Part shown: positions 1 to 12,380 of the stretch, piece after piece | Numbering within the stretch: position 1 is the stretch's first letter | Layout of the letters: every line of letters starts with the position of its first letter | Assembly: GCA_050613775.1 (NCBI GenBank) | Contig: JBODTK010000102.1 | Span: forward strand, 558,001 to 607,685 | Length of the DNA: 49,685 nucleotides | Reading direction: 5' to 3' | Origin: Neocallimastix sp. 'constans' | Lineage: Eukaryota | Notes under the pieces: generated by a model | What the model saw: only the letters and a program-made list of their open reading frames with translations | Databases searched by the model: none | Told to the model about the DNA's origin: nothing | Translations under genes and position numbers: made by a program

Positions 1-459
1 TTGTTTGTAAATAATTCGCTTTATTAGAAATAATTTTTATTAATTATAAAATTTAAAATGTTTATTAATATTAATTAACTAGTGTAATATTTCGAATTAC
101 TCATATGCTAATTATATAGTTAATAAATACATGAATAAAAAATATTCTCATTCGTGAACTTGGCACAATTTATTTTTTTTATAGGAGAAACAGTTTTAAA
201 ATGTAATAATAATTTTAAAGAAATATTTAGAAATATGTTAGTAATAATTTATGATGAAAAACTTGTAGAAAAATAGATTTTAATTGATGAAAATGAATCT
301 AATAAAAAAAGAATAAAATAATTTTCAAAATAAGAGTATCGATATTCATTTCGGTTGAATTACAAAACCGAAAGAATCCTTAACTTCCTATAATTTATAT
401 AGAAGAATATTTAATAAAGTTATCAAAAATTAATAAAATAATAAATTTTGTAAAATAGC

Positions 460-528
460 TGGGAGTGTGAGTTGAACCCATGAAGCAATAATCATGGTCA
501 AGGTAACTAACCATTTAACCAAGATCCT
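460..528 (-). pseudogene. Degenerate tRNA-like sequence (tRNA pseudogene or tRNA-derived SINE head)
   Basis: Minus strand reads GGATCT-TGGTTAAATGG-TTAG...ATGGGTTCAACTCACACTCCC. This gives an A-box-like TGGTTAAATGG and a B-box-like GGTTCAACTC at tRNA-like spacing. Stems pair poorly and no anticodon can be assigned. Confidence 0.35.
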
Positions 529-579
529 TACTTTACTAAATGAAGTCTTCGTTTCATGGTTTTTGGAGAATTGTTGACT

Positions 580-930
580 TGGGACTCTTGGGTAGATGCA
601 TGGAATGAATTGTTATAGCACAACTCTACCAGAAATAGATCTATCCAGTTTTCATCATCGTAAGAATCAACAAAACATGGTAAATAGGTTTCTACGTATA
701 CAATTTTCCTTTCAACTTGGCCTATATTTTTGTGGTGACTTATGGTAGCATAATTTATCTCTGTCCTGAAGAATTCTGGTAGCTCTTTCATACCTGACTT
801 GTAAACTGTGTTCCTCTATCAGTAGTTACAACCTTAGGGAATCTATGCAACCTATAAATTTCCTTTAGGAACGCATCATCAGTCTCGTTTGCGTTTGGTA
901 GGTGTTTAAATCTTATCAAGTGAATCAATG
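580..930 (-). pseudogene. Ty3/gypsy integrase catalytic-core remnant
   Basis: Minus-strand translation IHLIRFKHLPNANETDDAFLKEIYRLHRFPKVVTTDRGTQFTSQV*KELPEFF...HHKNIGQVERK...WID.FLVELCYNNSFHASTQES matches the rve motifs (TDRGxQFTS, GQxER, YNNSxH). It contains an in-frame stop and includes ORF 528..791. Confidence 0.9.
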
Positions 931-999
931 TTGGATCCGTAGGGTTGTTTGTTGTTCCTTCGGGAACAACAAATTTTCTAGTATTTCTCTGGTTAATTT

Positions 1000-2219
1000 A
1001 GGAATTTCACTTACCAACATTATTGTTGACAAGAGATTGTAATTGTTTAAAAAAATTCTGCTGGGCCATCTGAAGTTTCATTTTTCAGACATAGCGTTTT
1101 CGTTTGAATGAACCTTTCTTTTTTCCTGGGAGTTCTCATTTCTTTTTTCCTATAGGAATGGTATTATTTGTGCTTCTTTTTTCCACTATCTATTTTAACG
1201 TTTTCTTTTTTTTTTCCGTTTTTCGAAATTTCTATATTTTGTACTGTATATACCTAACAATACAGCAACTAGAGCTCGGTTGTCTTGGTGACTGTTCCTT
1301 TTTTCTAACTTCTCATCGTAGTACATTCTCTTCTCAATTTCAAAACGGATTAGGCAGCGGCTTAGGTCCTTCAAAGTGATCTTCGTAGGGTTGTCAGATT
1401 CTAAGTTCAATAGGATGGTCATACCTAATAATTTAGGATATCCTTTCTTTCTTCTTCGGTACAACCGATTGCCCTGGTAAGTCAGTTGAATTCGGTAAGG
1501 TATTCGTAAACCTTACCCCATTCATGTTTCAGCTGGAGGATTTAGATTTCATTAACTCCTTGAATTTTTCCAAATGAAAATCGGCCCTTCTTTATTCGAA
1601 CAAATTAGTAACATCGGACTATCTTTCCTAAGTCTCTTTCTGGATAGCTTGGTACCACAGAGCAGCGCTTCCACACAGAAGGTAAGTAACGTAGTATAAC
1701 TTTGCTTGTTCATTGTAAAAATATCTACAATAATATCGATAGAAGTGACTCTTGCACTTATCGATAAAAGTATTAGATAGCTTCTCCATTGAAGTAGAAT
1801 GGTTGTTCCTGTTGAGAGGCGATGGTATCCCTGATGACTACATCGCCATCAGCATCTCTTGGAGTCTTTGGAGCCAGGCTATCTTTAGGTTATTCATTAA
1901 TATAGGTAGCCATCCTTTCCTTGGTGTCCTCAATACTCTCTAGGCTTTGTTTCTCCCTTTTATTCAGCATGGAAGTATCCACTGGGAATTTGTCTCGAAC
2001 AGCTTTACCAAAAATATTGAACCTCTTTTACAAGTAGGTTAAATGCGTGTCTTTCTTAATTTTATTATTATTTATGACCTCCACTGTTGAGGCCAGGCTT
2101 TCAATCATTTTTTTTAAATAATTAAACTAAGACGTCTGAAGGGTTGTCTCCGTCTTGGAGTCTTCAGTCTTCTTGGTTTCTTTGGTAGTACTGGATGAGG
2201 CCTTTGGGGTGTCTGACAT
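1000..2219 (-). pseudogene. Ty3/gypsy gag remnant
   Basis: ATG at 2219 (MSDTPKASSSTTKETKK...). Retrotransposon gag motifs YYVTYLLCGSAALWYQAIQKE (~1635-1700) and ILQLKHEWGKVYEYLTEFN*LTRA (~1470-1545). Multiple stops and frameshifts. The downstream boundary is approximate. Confidence 0.8.
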
Positions 2220-2289
2220 ATTTGTTTAATAAATTAATCATTTTTGAAAATTCTGTAAATTTGTTTAAAAAACGTTAACAATGTCAAAT

Positions 2290-2891
2290 ATACTTAAATA
2301 ATTTTTAATTTAAAAACTCATTTTATTTAAAATATATTTAAGAAATTATTAAATAAATTTATTTAATTTTTATTAAAATAGATCTTTTTAAAATAATAAA
2401 ATTATCTTCGATTTCATAAATTGGAAAAAAATTAGTAAACATAGGTTTTATAAGTTTTTAAGTAAAATTGTTAAAGTTTACAGTTTTACAATTTTTTTAT
2501 TTAAGTACTTATATTATTAATATAAATATTGAAATTATAAAAATTAAAATTATATTTAAGCATGCTAAATCAGATGCTTAATTACTACAAAGATTTTTAC
2601 ATTGAATATTATTATTTTAAGTTGAATAATTTTTAATATAATTATTTAACTATTTACTAACTTAATTAGAATTTATTTAATCAATTACTTTCTATTCACT
2701 TATGTAACTATTAAATTAATAATTATTTTTTTTATTTAATTTTATTATTTTAAATAATCCATTATAAAATTAATTTAACCACAGTACAAATACCATGGGT
2801 TCTTGACACTAACTGAATTCTTCGTTACATGATCCGCCTTCAGAATTCAGATACTAGACGAATCTAACATTTAGGCAAAATTTGTACTACA
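2290..2891 (-). repeat. Candidate LTR
   Basis: Minus strand begins TGTAGTACAAA at 2891 in a locally GC-richer patch (2780-2891). It ends just before a PBS-like TGACATTGTTAACG (~2273-2286) that resembles TGGTATTATTAACGG in front of the homologous gag at 5601. There is no second copy in the window to confirm it. Confidence 0.3.
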
Positions 2892-3119
2892 GTTAAACTA
2901 AAATAAAAATAATTAAAGATTTTATTATATGAATTATAATAAAATTATGTAATATTAATAAAGTTACATGAATAAAATATACAATAATATTATATGAAAA
3001 TTAATAATATTTAAAAATAATATTTAATAATACATAATAATCTTGTTATTGATAAATTAATATAAGTTTGATATTAATAAAGTAAAAATTCATTTTCAAA
3101 CTTTGATTTTAGTTATATT

Positions 3120-4100
3120 TTTTAAATTCTTTTAAAGGTTCAGGGCAGTTTAATTTTGCTTCAGTTTTTCCAAGATGATTCAGATAAAGGATAACTTTTC
3201 CATTTAATAAGATATTGAATTTTGCCATAATTCTTCTTTTTATCAAAAGTTTTTTCAACTTAATATTCTTTTTCATTATATTAAACTACTGGTGGTGGTG
3301 GTTCTTTCTATTTTCCAAAGTGATTTTCATAAAATGGTTCAAGTTCAGAAGCATGTATTATAGGATAGATTATAATTTTTTTCGGTAAGAATAACATGTA
3401 TGAAACCGAAGAAGTTTTCTTGATGATTTTATAAGAACCCTGTTTTCTAGGCTTAAATTTTTTATTTTTATTATGAATTATAAGTAAACTATTGAATCAC
3501 ACTTTATCGCCTTGTTTAAAACTTGGTGCTTCAATATGACATATTTTTGTGAATTCTTCTTGTTTTTTTCATGCTTGTTTTATAATTTTATTAAGTGTTT
3601 TAATAAATAATGAAAGATCTTTTTTGAATTTATCAAGTTGAGGGATATCAGTACAGCTTGGAATTTCTAGTGAATATCTTGGATTGTAACCATAATTTGC
3701 ATAAAAAAGTGTATACTTAATTGATTCTTGAATTGAATTACTATAACTGAATTTTGCTTTAAATAAAAAATTATGCCAATCAGAACTTTTGAGGTTTAAA
3801 TAACATCTAAAGTTTTGTTCAATAACAGAGTTCACTCTCTCCGTTAAACCTTGGTTTAGTGATAAAAGGGAAAAGTAAGTTTCATTGTAATATTGAGGGA
3901 TTTAAAAAGAGCTTACCAAAATATTGAAATGAATTAAGTACTTCTGTCAGTAACAATATTGAAAGGTAGTCCATAAATACTAAAAATAAAATTTGTAAAA
4001 AAGGAAACCGTATCAGAAGCAGAAGGTAATTTAAAAAAAAGAAAAATGTAACTCAATTTTGAATTTGATTTCTGAAAGAAATAACGACCAACGAACCAAA
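3120..4100 (-). pseudogene. Chromovirus-type (Ty3/gypsy) pol 3' remnant: RNase H end, integrase core, GPY/F region, chromodomain
   Basis: Motifs in order: LVRWSLFLSEIKFKI (RNase H end, ~4055-4100); IFSIYGLPFNIVTDRST; RVNSVIEQNFRCYL...FSYSNSIQESIKYTLFYANYGYNP (ORF 3569..3835); KFKPRKQGSYKIIKK...YPIIHASELEPF; PPPVV...EKEY*VEKTFDKRRNYGKIQYLIKWKSYPLSESSW (chromodomain, ~3170-3300). Confidence 0.9.
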
Positions 4101-4874
4101 TTTGATGCATCTTTTCTAGGATTAGGGTTAGGTGCTGGTTCCTTTAGAAGGTGTCTATAGCTAAAAGTTCTTTTTATATATAGGATAGTTTCTTTGTAAA
4201 GAATTAAGGGATCTAGAGAAGAAAGCAACTTGATGAATTTTATTATCTTTAGGAATAGTGTGGGATAGAAGTACATCGATAGCTGTAACAAATCTAATAA
4301 TTTCAGAAATTAGAACAATGGTTTAGTGCCTAGTTACATTAACTAATACCGCATGGTTTCGATTTTGAATTTGACCAATTTACAAAATTATTATTTTAAA
4401 TATTTATTAATAATATTTTTTATAATTTTCTTTCTTTAAAAATTATAGAATTTCATGATTTTCTCGGATAATTTATTTATTCAAGAAAATATTTGAAAAT
4501 CCTAATTTTATAAATTTTATTATTACTTTAATCATATGATTAATTTTATCAATTAAAATCTTATTTTAAGAATTTTTTATACTTTTACGTTCAATAAACT
4601 ATTTTTCAGGAAAAAGTATAAATATGAGTGATTTCTTCAACAAAATATTTTTTTTTGAGTTTTTATTTTTTAAAAAAATTCAATATATAAGTAATTCATT
4701 AGTTATAGTTAATTAATATTTTAATATAATTTTTATTAATAAATCATATATTTTATAAAACAAATTTTCCTCATTAATATTACATTAATATTTATAGTTT
4801 TGACCTGTTGGTTCAACAAAGTTTTTTGTTTAATATTATTAATAATTAATTCCCTTTAATAATATTTAGCACAA

Positions 4875-5370
4875 AAACGTTACATGTCAAAGTTACTACT
4901 GCCAGTTTCAACCATTAACGGAAATTCACGATTAGGATTAGTGAAAATAGAAGTAGAAGAAAATTTTGACTTGAAGTTATCAAATGGGGTTTGAGTTTCA
5001 GTAGTCCAATTAAATATAGAGTTTTTTTCATTAAAAGCAATGAAGATAATGAGCAATAAATACCATGCAAGGAATAAATCGTTGATAATAATTTGTTAAT
5101 CCAAGAAATGATTGTAATTCTTTTACATTATTAGGAATAAGCCATTTTAAGATAAAAGAAACTTATTTAGGTCCATAAATATTCAATCTGAAGAAATTCT
5201 GTGACCGAAGAAGTCCAGGAATAGATACAAAATTCATTTTTTTTCAATTTTTCATCTAAACTGGCATTTCTTAGTTTTTTAAAACTTAAATATAATGTTG
5301 AAAGTGAGTATCCATGCCAGGAGAAAAATATTTATATTATTAATATAACAATAAAGAACCAATACTTTAT
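4875..5370 (-). pseudogene. Ty3/gypsy reverse transcriptase palm/thumb/connection remnant
   Basis: Frameshifted minus-strand translation: CYINNINIF (degenerate YIDD), [81 protein letters not shown]. Confidence 0.85.
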
Positions 5371-5667
5371 GAAAATTGGTATTGTTTGAGTAAATGGTAA
5401 TGTATATAATTTTTTCAATCTTTTCTTATTATTTTATTTTAATTTCTTTAAATAATTCTTTTCGAATTTTTAAAATCAAAGTTTTTATATATTTTATTTC
5501 CATTTATTTTAAATAAAATAAATAAATTCTTATTAATTTCTTAAACTTGATATAAATTAATTTATACTTAAATAAATTACTATTTAAAATTAATTGTATT
5601 TGGTATTATTAACGGTTTTTGTACGACTTTATAATATTAAACATATTTTTACATAAATAAGAATAAT

Positions 5668-6110
5668 ATGACAAACACACCAAACGCATCAACCAGTTCG
5701 ACCTCCAAAGACGCTAAGGATACAAAAAAGTCTGATATAACCATTCAGACGTCTCAATTTAACTCAAGAAAATGATAAAAATTATAGTCACATCAGTTGA
5801 GGTCATAAACACTCATATCAGTAAGGTTGACTCCTATCTAAGCTCTTTGAAGGAGAGGTTTAATACATTTGGGAAAGCCGTAGAAGAAATGTTTAAAAAA
5901 GATACTTCTAGGCTTGATAACGAAGAGAAGCAAAGCTTAGAAAGTATTGAGTACATCAAATAGAGAATGTTTACAAACATTATTAATTAACTAAAATGTA
6001 GCAAAGTTCCAAAAACTCCTAGGGATGCTGTCAGTGACGTGGTTATGAGGGATACTATTACGCCTCTGCCAGAACTACTTTTTTACTTCCATGGCAAGCC
6101 ATAGAAATAA
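5668..6110 (+). pseudogene. Ty3/gypsy gag N-terminal remnant, homologous to the gag starting at 2219(-)
   Basis: MTNTPNASTSSTSKDAKDTKKSDITIQTS / ERFNTFGKAV / EEKQSLESIE / PKTPRDAVSDVVMRDT aligns by eye with MSDTPKASSSTTKETKKTEDSKTETTLQTS / KRFNIFGKAV / REKQSLESIE / PKTPRDADGDVVIRDT. Confidence 0.8.
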
Positions 6111-6123
6111 ATATTGTTATTGA

Positions 6124-6582
6124 TGGATGCAAAAGTCATTTTTTAATAAGTTTGAGATAAAAGTACTTATAATCTTAAATGTATCTAAAAAGGCGACTAA
6201 TTTAAAATCTTCTTTGGTATTAAATATGAACATTTTGAATACATCGTGACGCCCTTTGTACTCACTAACGCTCCTGAAGTTACTGCTTTCGGTGATGTAA
6301 TTAACAAGTAATTTCATGTATAATTGGACTATATTATTATCAATTCAAAAAATTCGAAGAACATGTTAAGTAGATACAAACTGTCATACAACTTCGAATA
6401 GACAACATGTTTGTAGCGAAAATTTCCAAGTGCGAATTTAACAAGCTTGAAGTGGAATTCCTAGACCACATTATTAGTAGTGAAAGAATTAAGACTGACC
6501 TTCACAAGCTTGAAGCTATTACTTCCTGGACAACTCCTACCAATATCAAAGAAGACCAATCATTTATAGGGTTGATCAACTC
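6124..6582 (+). pseudogene. Ty3/gypsy reverse transcriptase remnant
   Basis: FGIKYEHFEYIVTPFVLTNAP (cf. MPFGLTNAP), *LDYIII (degenerate YLDD), AKISKCEFNKLEVEFLDHIISSERIKTDLHKLEAITSWTTPTNIKEDQSFIGLIN (ORF 6407..6610). Confidence 0.88.
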
Positions 6583-7349
6583 TCCCATAGAGTTAACCAT
6601 ATATCTGTAAAAGGAGACACTAAAATAGATTACAATAACAAAAGAACACAATAAATTTTATTTTATTAAAAATTTTTTATTAAAATTATATTTTATTAAT
6701 ATTTAATAGTTATTTGTTCAATAACAATTACATAAAAAAAAAATGTGAAAAGTATCTTTTATTTATACTTTTCCTAAATACATTGATAATATATTATTTT
6801 ATTTAAATTACATATATTTTAAAATAAAATTATCCCAATGAATTTTATTAAATAATAAATTTATAAACTATAGCTAAATTTAGAAAAATATAATTATTAA
6901 TTAAACTAAATACTAAATAATTAAAATTAAGTATATTTATTAACTATTTATTATTTTAATATTATAAGTAAAGTCTTTATTTATTTTCGATATAAAATCA
7001 ATGTTAAAAGAGTCATGATTAAATTTTGAAATTTAATTTTCACAAAATAAATTAATAATTTATTTTGTTTTAAACATTAATTAATTAATTTAAATTATTT
7101 TAAAACAATAATTTTCTCAGAATTAAATTTTATAAAAATTATTACCCAAAAAATTTGTCTTGTGGCTTAAAGAATATTATTCAAAAATTTAGTTCATATG
7201 TTTCATTTACTTTATTTATTATTTTATAAATCAAAGAATAATTTACATTTTTGAATTACACAAGAAAAATTTTTAATTTATAATGTGATTGGGATAATCA
7301 CATCTTTACAATTTCTAATTATAATAATCATAAATTCAAAGAAGATGAC

Positions 7350-7535
7350 TTGGGCATAGTTATAGTTTCCATTGATAACCTGGAAAATAAATTATTAGTT
7401 GTTACTGGAAGTAATACAAATTTTATTTTCAGTGATTATTTTAATAAATTACCTAGTAAATATGATACCATTGGTATCTGCCGTGAATGTATTTGTGAAG
7501 CTTTAAGTGATGATAAAAGAATTATTAATAAATAA
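7350..7535 (+). pseudogene. Retropepsin-like aspartic protease remnant
   Basis: IVSIDNLENKLLVVTGSNTNFI resembles the LxDTGSxxNFI active-site motif with D->V. It lies upstream of an RT remnant on the same strand. Confidence 0.55.
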
Positions 7536-8029
7536 TTCTTTTATATCTAATTTTTATAATATAATTAATACTTTTAATTAATTTAATAACTATTAGTTAT
7601 TAAAAGAACCAATAACTATTATTTCTTTATATGTCCTTTTTCTAAATTAATGTATTGTTTAAATTCTCTTTCTTAGCTTGATGTTATTATATCTTCATTT
7701 GAAGATGAAAATTTAGAATATATATCTTATTTTATTATATTTATTGGAAAAAATAAATTAATTTACTTATTTAAATTTTTATTATCAAATAATACGTTAA
7801 TAAAATAGGTAATTCTAGAAAAATTGTGCCTCAAATTGAAAATATTCAAATTAATAAAAGTATGCCACAAATTATTGATTTACAAGAAGAAAATCTTTCT
7901 CTTATAGAGTATATCTAATCTGAAGATTTTCAGATAAAAATTAAATGTATTTTTTAATTAAATATTTTTAAATATTTAATAAATGTTACTGACATCGTTG
8001 CCACTTCTACTAAATAATTTTCTATATTC

Positions 8030-8730
8030 AAAATGAGATCCAACTATATTCATTTATTTAAAAATGGTGTTCCTTTTAAAATTAGATTATATATACATAA
8101 TTGACTAAAATCTAATTCTTTAAAGTTGAACTGATTAAACTTATCAATAAAAGTTTAATTATTCCATCTTATTCTACTTGGTCTTCATCAATCATCCCTG
8201 ATATGAAAAATAATGGAAAATGAAGACTTCGCACTGATTAAAGAAAGCTGAACTCAATGACTGTTCCTGATTCGTATTCTTTTCCTAATGTTGATTTTTA
8301 ATTCCTTCGGTTGTGTTATAATTTTCTCTATGCTAGATTTATTTTCAAGATATCATCAAATATACATGTTCAAGATAATATTAATTTTACCAGTTTTAAC
8401 ACAAAATATGGAAATTTTGTATACAAAGTTATGGCATTTGATCTTAAAGGTGCTTCAGTCACATTTCAGAGAAAAATGAATAATATTCGTTTTGATTTAT
8501 TAGGTAAATGTGTTTTTGTTTTCATCTGAAGATATTTTAGTATTTTCTAACTCAATAGAAGAACATATTGTATGTTTTAAACAAATTTTAAAAATATTTC
8601 TTAAATATGATGTTAAAATCAACATTTAAAATGTTGTTTATTCAGAGTGAAGGTAGAACTACTCAGCCATGTAATATCTAAAAACGGCCTCAAAACTATT
8701 AAATCAAAAGTTAATGCTCTAGCTAAACAG
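8030..8730 (+). pseudogene. Ty3/gypsy reverse transcriptase remnant
   Basis: LIIPSYSTWSSSII..KNNGK*RLRTD*RKLNSMTVPDSYSFP, FSMLDLFSRYHQI, FNTKYGNFVYKVMAFDLKGASVTFQRKMN, VFVFI-EDILVFSNSIEEH, VELLSHVISKNGLK. Many frameshifts. Confidence 0.92.
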
Positions 8731-11700
8731 GAAATGAAACTAAAAAGTTATAATTTGATAATAATTATTATCCTTTTATATCCATACGATTCATTTTCTT
8801 GTAATAAATTTCGATTTATTGAACTTTCATTAAACCAAGATTTCTATAAACTGTTTTTATGAATAAATGTATATAATGAGAAATCCATTCATTAAAAAGC
8901 AAAATTTTTTAGACTTCTATTAAATAATTTTTAAAAAATAGGCAATTTGAAATATTACAACTTCTAATTAATAAAAAATAATTTTTACTTTATATTCTAA
9001 TAAATTAATAAAATATCTTTAGTAATAAAATAAATTATTTATTATTTAGTGTTTAACATATTAAGTGTAACTTTTAAATTACATATATTAAACCTTATTA
9101 AGATTGTATTTATATAATAAATTATATTATTTTCAATTTAATTGCATAGATTAAGTATTATATTAGATATTGTAATTTTAATTATTTTGATATAATTTTT
9201 CCATTTTAACTTTATGTTGGTCGGTAATCATTTTCATTTCTAATTATTTTTTTATTGATTTATATAAATGACTGTTATCTTTAATTTTATTTAATTAATT
9301 TTCTTTAATTTTTAACTTAATATGGGTATGTTTATTGTTATTTATAGCCTATTATTCAATGTACTATTATTTTTGATTTATAATTTAAACAACTATTACT
9401 TTGAAATTACGATTTAGTTTACTATTATTTTAAATCTTTATTGACTTTATGTTAAAAATTTCTTCACAACATATAATTGAAGTGAATTGAATCTTTTTTA
9501 TTTTAAAATTTTTATTTATTCTAATTATAATTATTACAACGTAAAAATTAAAAAAAAGGAAATAAAGAAATAATTAATTACTTTGGATAGTCATTTATAA
9601 TTATTTTTTTTTAATTAATATATTTATGAATATTATTATTATATTTGTAATAATTATTTTAATTTAGTAATGAAATGTAAATCAAGTGGTAATTGGAGAC
9701 TCTTAATCATTTAAAAAATAAAATAAAAAAAAGGTTGACTTTGAATTTTAAATTTAATTTATTCAAACAAAATATAAAATTTAAAAATATAATATGTTGA
9801 AATAAAATATAAATAAATAATATATTTTATATTTGATAATCTTATAAAATTAATATTTTTCATTATAATATATAAAATTACAATTATATAATCATATTTT
9901 TAATTTTTATGAATTATTACTTATGAATAATTTTAAAAAATAAATAATTAATATACTTTTTAAAAAAATAAAATATTTTAAATCTTTTTTATAAAAATGA
10001 GTTATTTTCATTTATTAAATTGATAAATTTTTGGAAATTTTATTTGTTAAAATTTAAAATAATATATTTTTATTATTAATATTTTAAATTTTATTTATTT
10101 AATAATTTCAATTTATAAAACTTTTTTAATATTAATATTTTTTTATTAAATTTATTTTACATAATAATTCAATTAAAACTGATTATTCAGGTTCGGTTAT
10201 CTCTTATATTATTTATTTATGTATTTTATTAATATAATTTTATGTTTTCATTTATTTATTTTATAATTTAAATATTGTTATTGCAATTGCATTGAATTAC
10301 AAAGAATAAACATATAGAAAAAATATTCTTTATATAATACTACTTAATTATAATCTATTTTAAAATAATAATTAATTATATAGTTGAATATTATAAATAG
10401 TATAATATAAATAATGAAATATTTATAATAATTATAATATATACAATATAAAAATATAATAAAATAAAATAAAATAAAATTAATTTATAAATTATTTAAA
10501 TATTTAAATAGCATAAAATTTATGTTATAAATTTTATGTTTACATTAATTTTATGTCTTTGTATAGAATTTATGAAATTACATAAATTTATTTTACATCA
10601 CGTTATTTTGGATCAGTTATAAATCATATGATAATTAATCAAGTGATTAATTAATGATTTATTAATTTATTTTTATGTAATTAATAATAAAATAATTTAT
10701 TAATAATTAAAGCTTTTATTTCAGTTTTATATCAATAACTATTGATTAAAGTTTGAATAATGAGGAAAATAAAATAAATAATATTATTAATTATTATCTA
10801 ATTGAATTATATAAATTCATTAAATTAAATTTTTGAGACACAAAATTTAAAATTATGAAAGTATATAGAGAATTAAGAAGTTATGTTGATAAATTACGAG
10901 TTTTACTAATTCCTATTTATGAAAATGTAAAATTATATAATTATATATACATAGAAATAATCTAAATAATTATATTGTTTTGCTTCTTTTAATATAATTA
11001 ATACTCTAATAATAATTGATTATATATAATGACATTCTTTAAAATTAAAAATTTATTGTTATATTTTACTCTTATTAAATTAATCATATTGTATTATAAA
11101 AATATGATTACCAATTTCAACACAATTTTATATATATTTTACTTTTTATCTTATTACTACTTTAGTTTTTATTTTTATGATATTAGTTGACTATATTTTT
11201 TCAGTTTAAATTACTATTTTTATTTTAATTTTTTTATTTTGAAATTTTATAAAATTATTTTACTTTATATCTTTTATAATTTTTTTTAAATTTTTAATTT
11301 AGAAATAAAGCTAATTTAATTATTTTTATTTATTTGAAATTATTAATTTTCTTATTATAATTTTTTATATACATTTTGAAGTTCATTCTTGCTTACTAAG
11401 TTTTTTTTTTTTATTTTTCTCTTTCTGGTGAAATTATAACTATTAATCTGTTAAAATTAATTTCAAAACTTTTTAGTTTATAAGTAATATTTATTTATTT
11501 TTATAATTTTATTTTCAACTTGATTTTTTTAATTTTTCTTATGTTCCAATTTTATAATAATAGCTAATTCTAAATTTTCATTTTAATACTAGATGACAAT
11601 TTTATAATTTATATTCATAATAATTGTTTTATATTTTGCTAAATTTACTAAATATATTTTTATTTAATTAAATATGAATTTTAATTTTAATTATTTTATT

Positions 11701-12021
11701 TCGCTTTTAAAAATATACTTCATTTATTATTTAAATAAAAGAAATTTCTAGATTTTAAAAATTATGTTTTTATTTTAAAAAAACAAAATTAATACTATTT
11801 TTCTTATTATTCCTTAGAAGAATTAATTAACATTTGAATTTACTTATTATATAAATAAAATATTAATTTTTAAAGAAATAAAAATAATTTATTTCAATTT
11901 CAAATAACAATAAATTCTAATTTTGAAATTATGTATTTAAAATTAAAAATTAATCAATAATGTTATATATAATATAAGAAGATATATATTTATTCTTTTT
12001 TTATTATAATAAAACTATGAC

Positions 12022-12090
12022 TTTATTTTATTTTATTTTTTTTTTTTACTTTACTTTACTTTACTTCATGCTCAATCTGGAGTGATTGAG
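12022..12090 (-). repeat. Stem-loop followed by (GTAAA)n / poly(A) / (TAAAA)n tail; possible 3' end of a non-LTR retroposon
   Basis: Perfect 7-bp stem CTCAATC (12071-12077) / GATTGAG (12084-12090) with a 6-nt loop, adjacent to (TTTAC)4, a T-run and (TTTTA)n on the plus strand. Confidence 0.3.
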
Positions 12091-12293
12091 ACTATTAATC
12101 TATCATGAATAAGAATATTTTAATTATGAAAATATTATTAACTGAATGTACAATTTTAAACAATTTATTATTATTGTATTTAGTATTAATATAAAATGTG
12201 GCTTGTTGTTATTTGTCAAATAGCTTACAAAAGAAATAATAATATAAAAAATTACTATTTAAATTATTATAAATATAAAATTTTTATGAATGT

Positions 12294-12380
12294 GGTCCAT
12301 TTCGCCAATTTTTTTTTTTTTGAAATTTTAATAAGCCATCTATTTATTTGTGGCTTTTAAAATTTATATTATTACGCCAT
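12294..12380 (+). repeat. Candidate left terminal inverted repeat of the MULE
   Basis: GGTCCATTTCGCCAATTTTT...AAGCCA-N12-TGGCTT...TTACGCCA is a G-initiated, locally GC-richer motif cluster with an internal palindrome, ~1.55 kb upstream of the transposase. The partner TIR is not in the window. Confidence 0.4.

Larger units (their letters stand above)
580..2891 (-). mobile_element. Internally deleted Ty3/gypsy LTR retrotransposon (candidate LTR - gag - truncated integrase; no PR/RT/RH seen)
   Basis: Gag and integrase remnants are collinear on the minus strand with no room for pol between them. A candidate LTR lies upstream. Confidence 0.7.

Noticed and set aside
1104..1943. Plus-strand ORFs 1104..1379 and 1752..1943 as membrane proteins
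   Set aside because: Their hydrophobicity comes from reading the A-rich gag remnant in antisense.
2813..2850. 9-bp inverted repeat CTGAATTCT...AGAATTCAG
   Set aside because: It is a single short stem within the candidate LTR, insufficient to call an RNA.
4380..4660. Faint similarity of this segment (minus strand) to ~270-430 and ~6740-6800
   Set aside because: Only short AT-rich word matches, which cannot be distinguished from chance without an alignment.
6117..6317. Minus-strand 66-aa ORF
   Set aside because: It is antisense to the RT remnant.
10512..10538. Perfect 12-bp hairpin CATAAAATTTAT-GTT-ATAAATTTTATG with nearby AATTTTATG repeats
   Set aside because: It is almost entirely A/T in ~90% AT DNA, with no supporting element structure.
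8900..12000. Possible host gene or decayed coding sequence in the AT-rich stretch
   Set aside because: No ORF of 60 aa or more and no protein motif that I could recognise.
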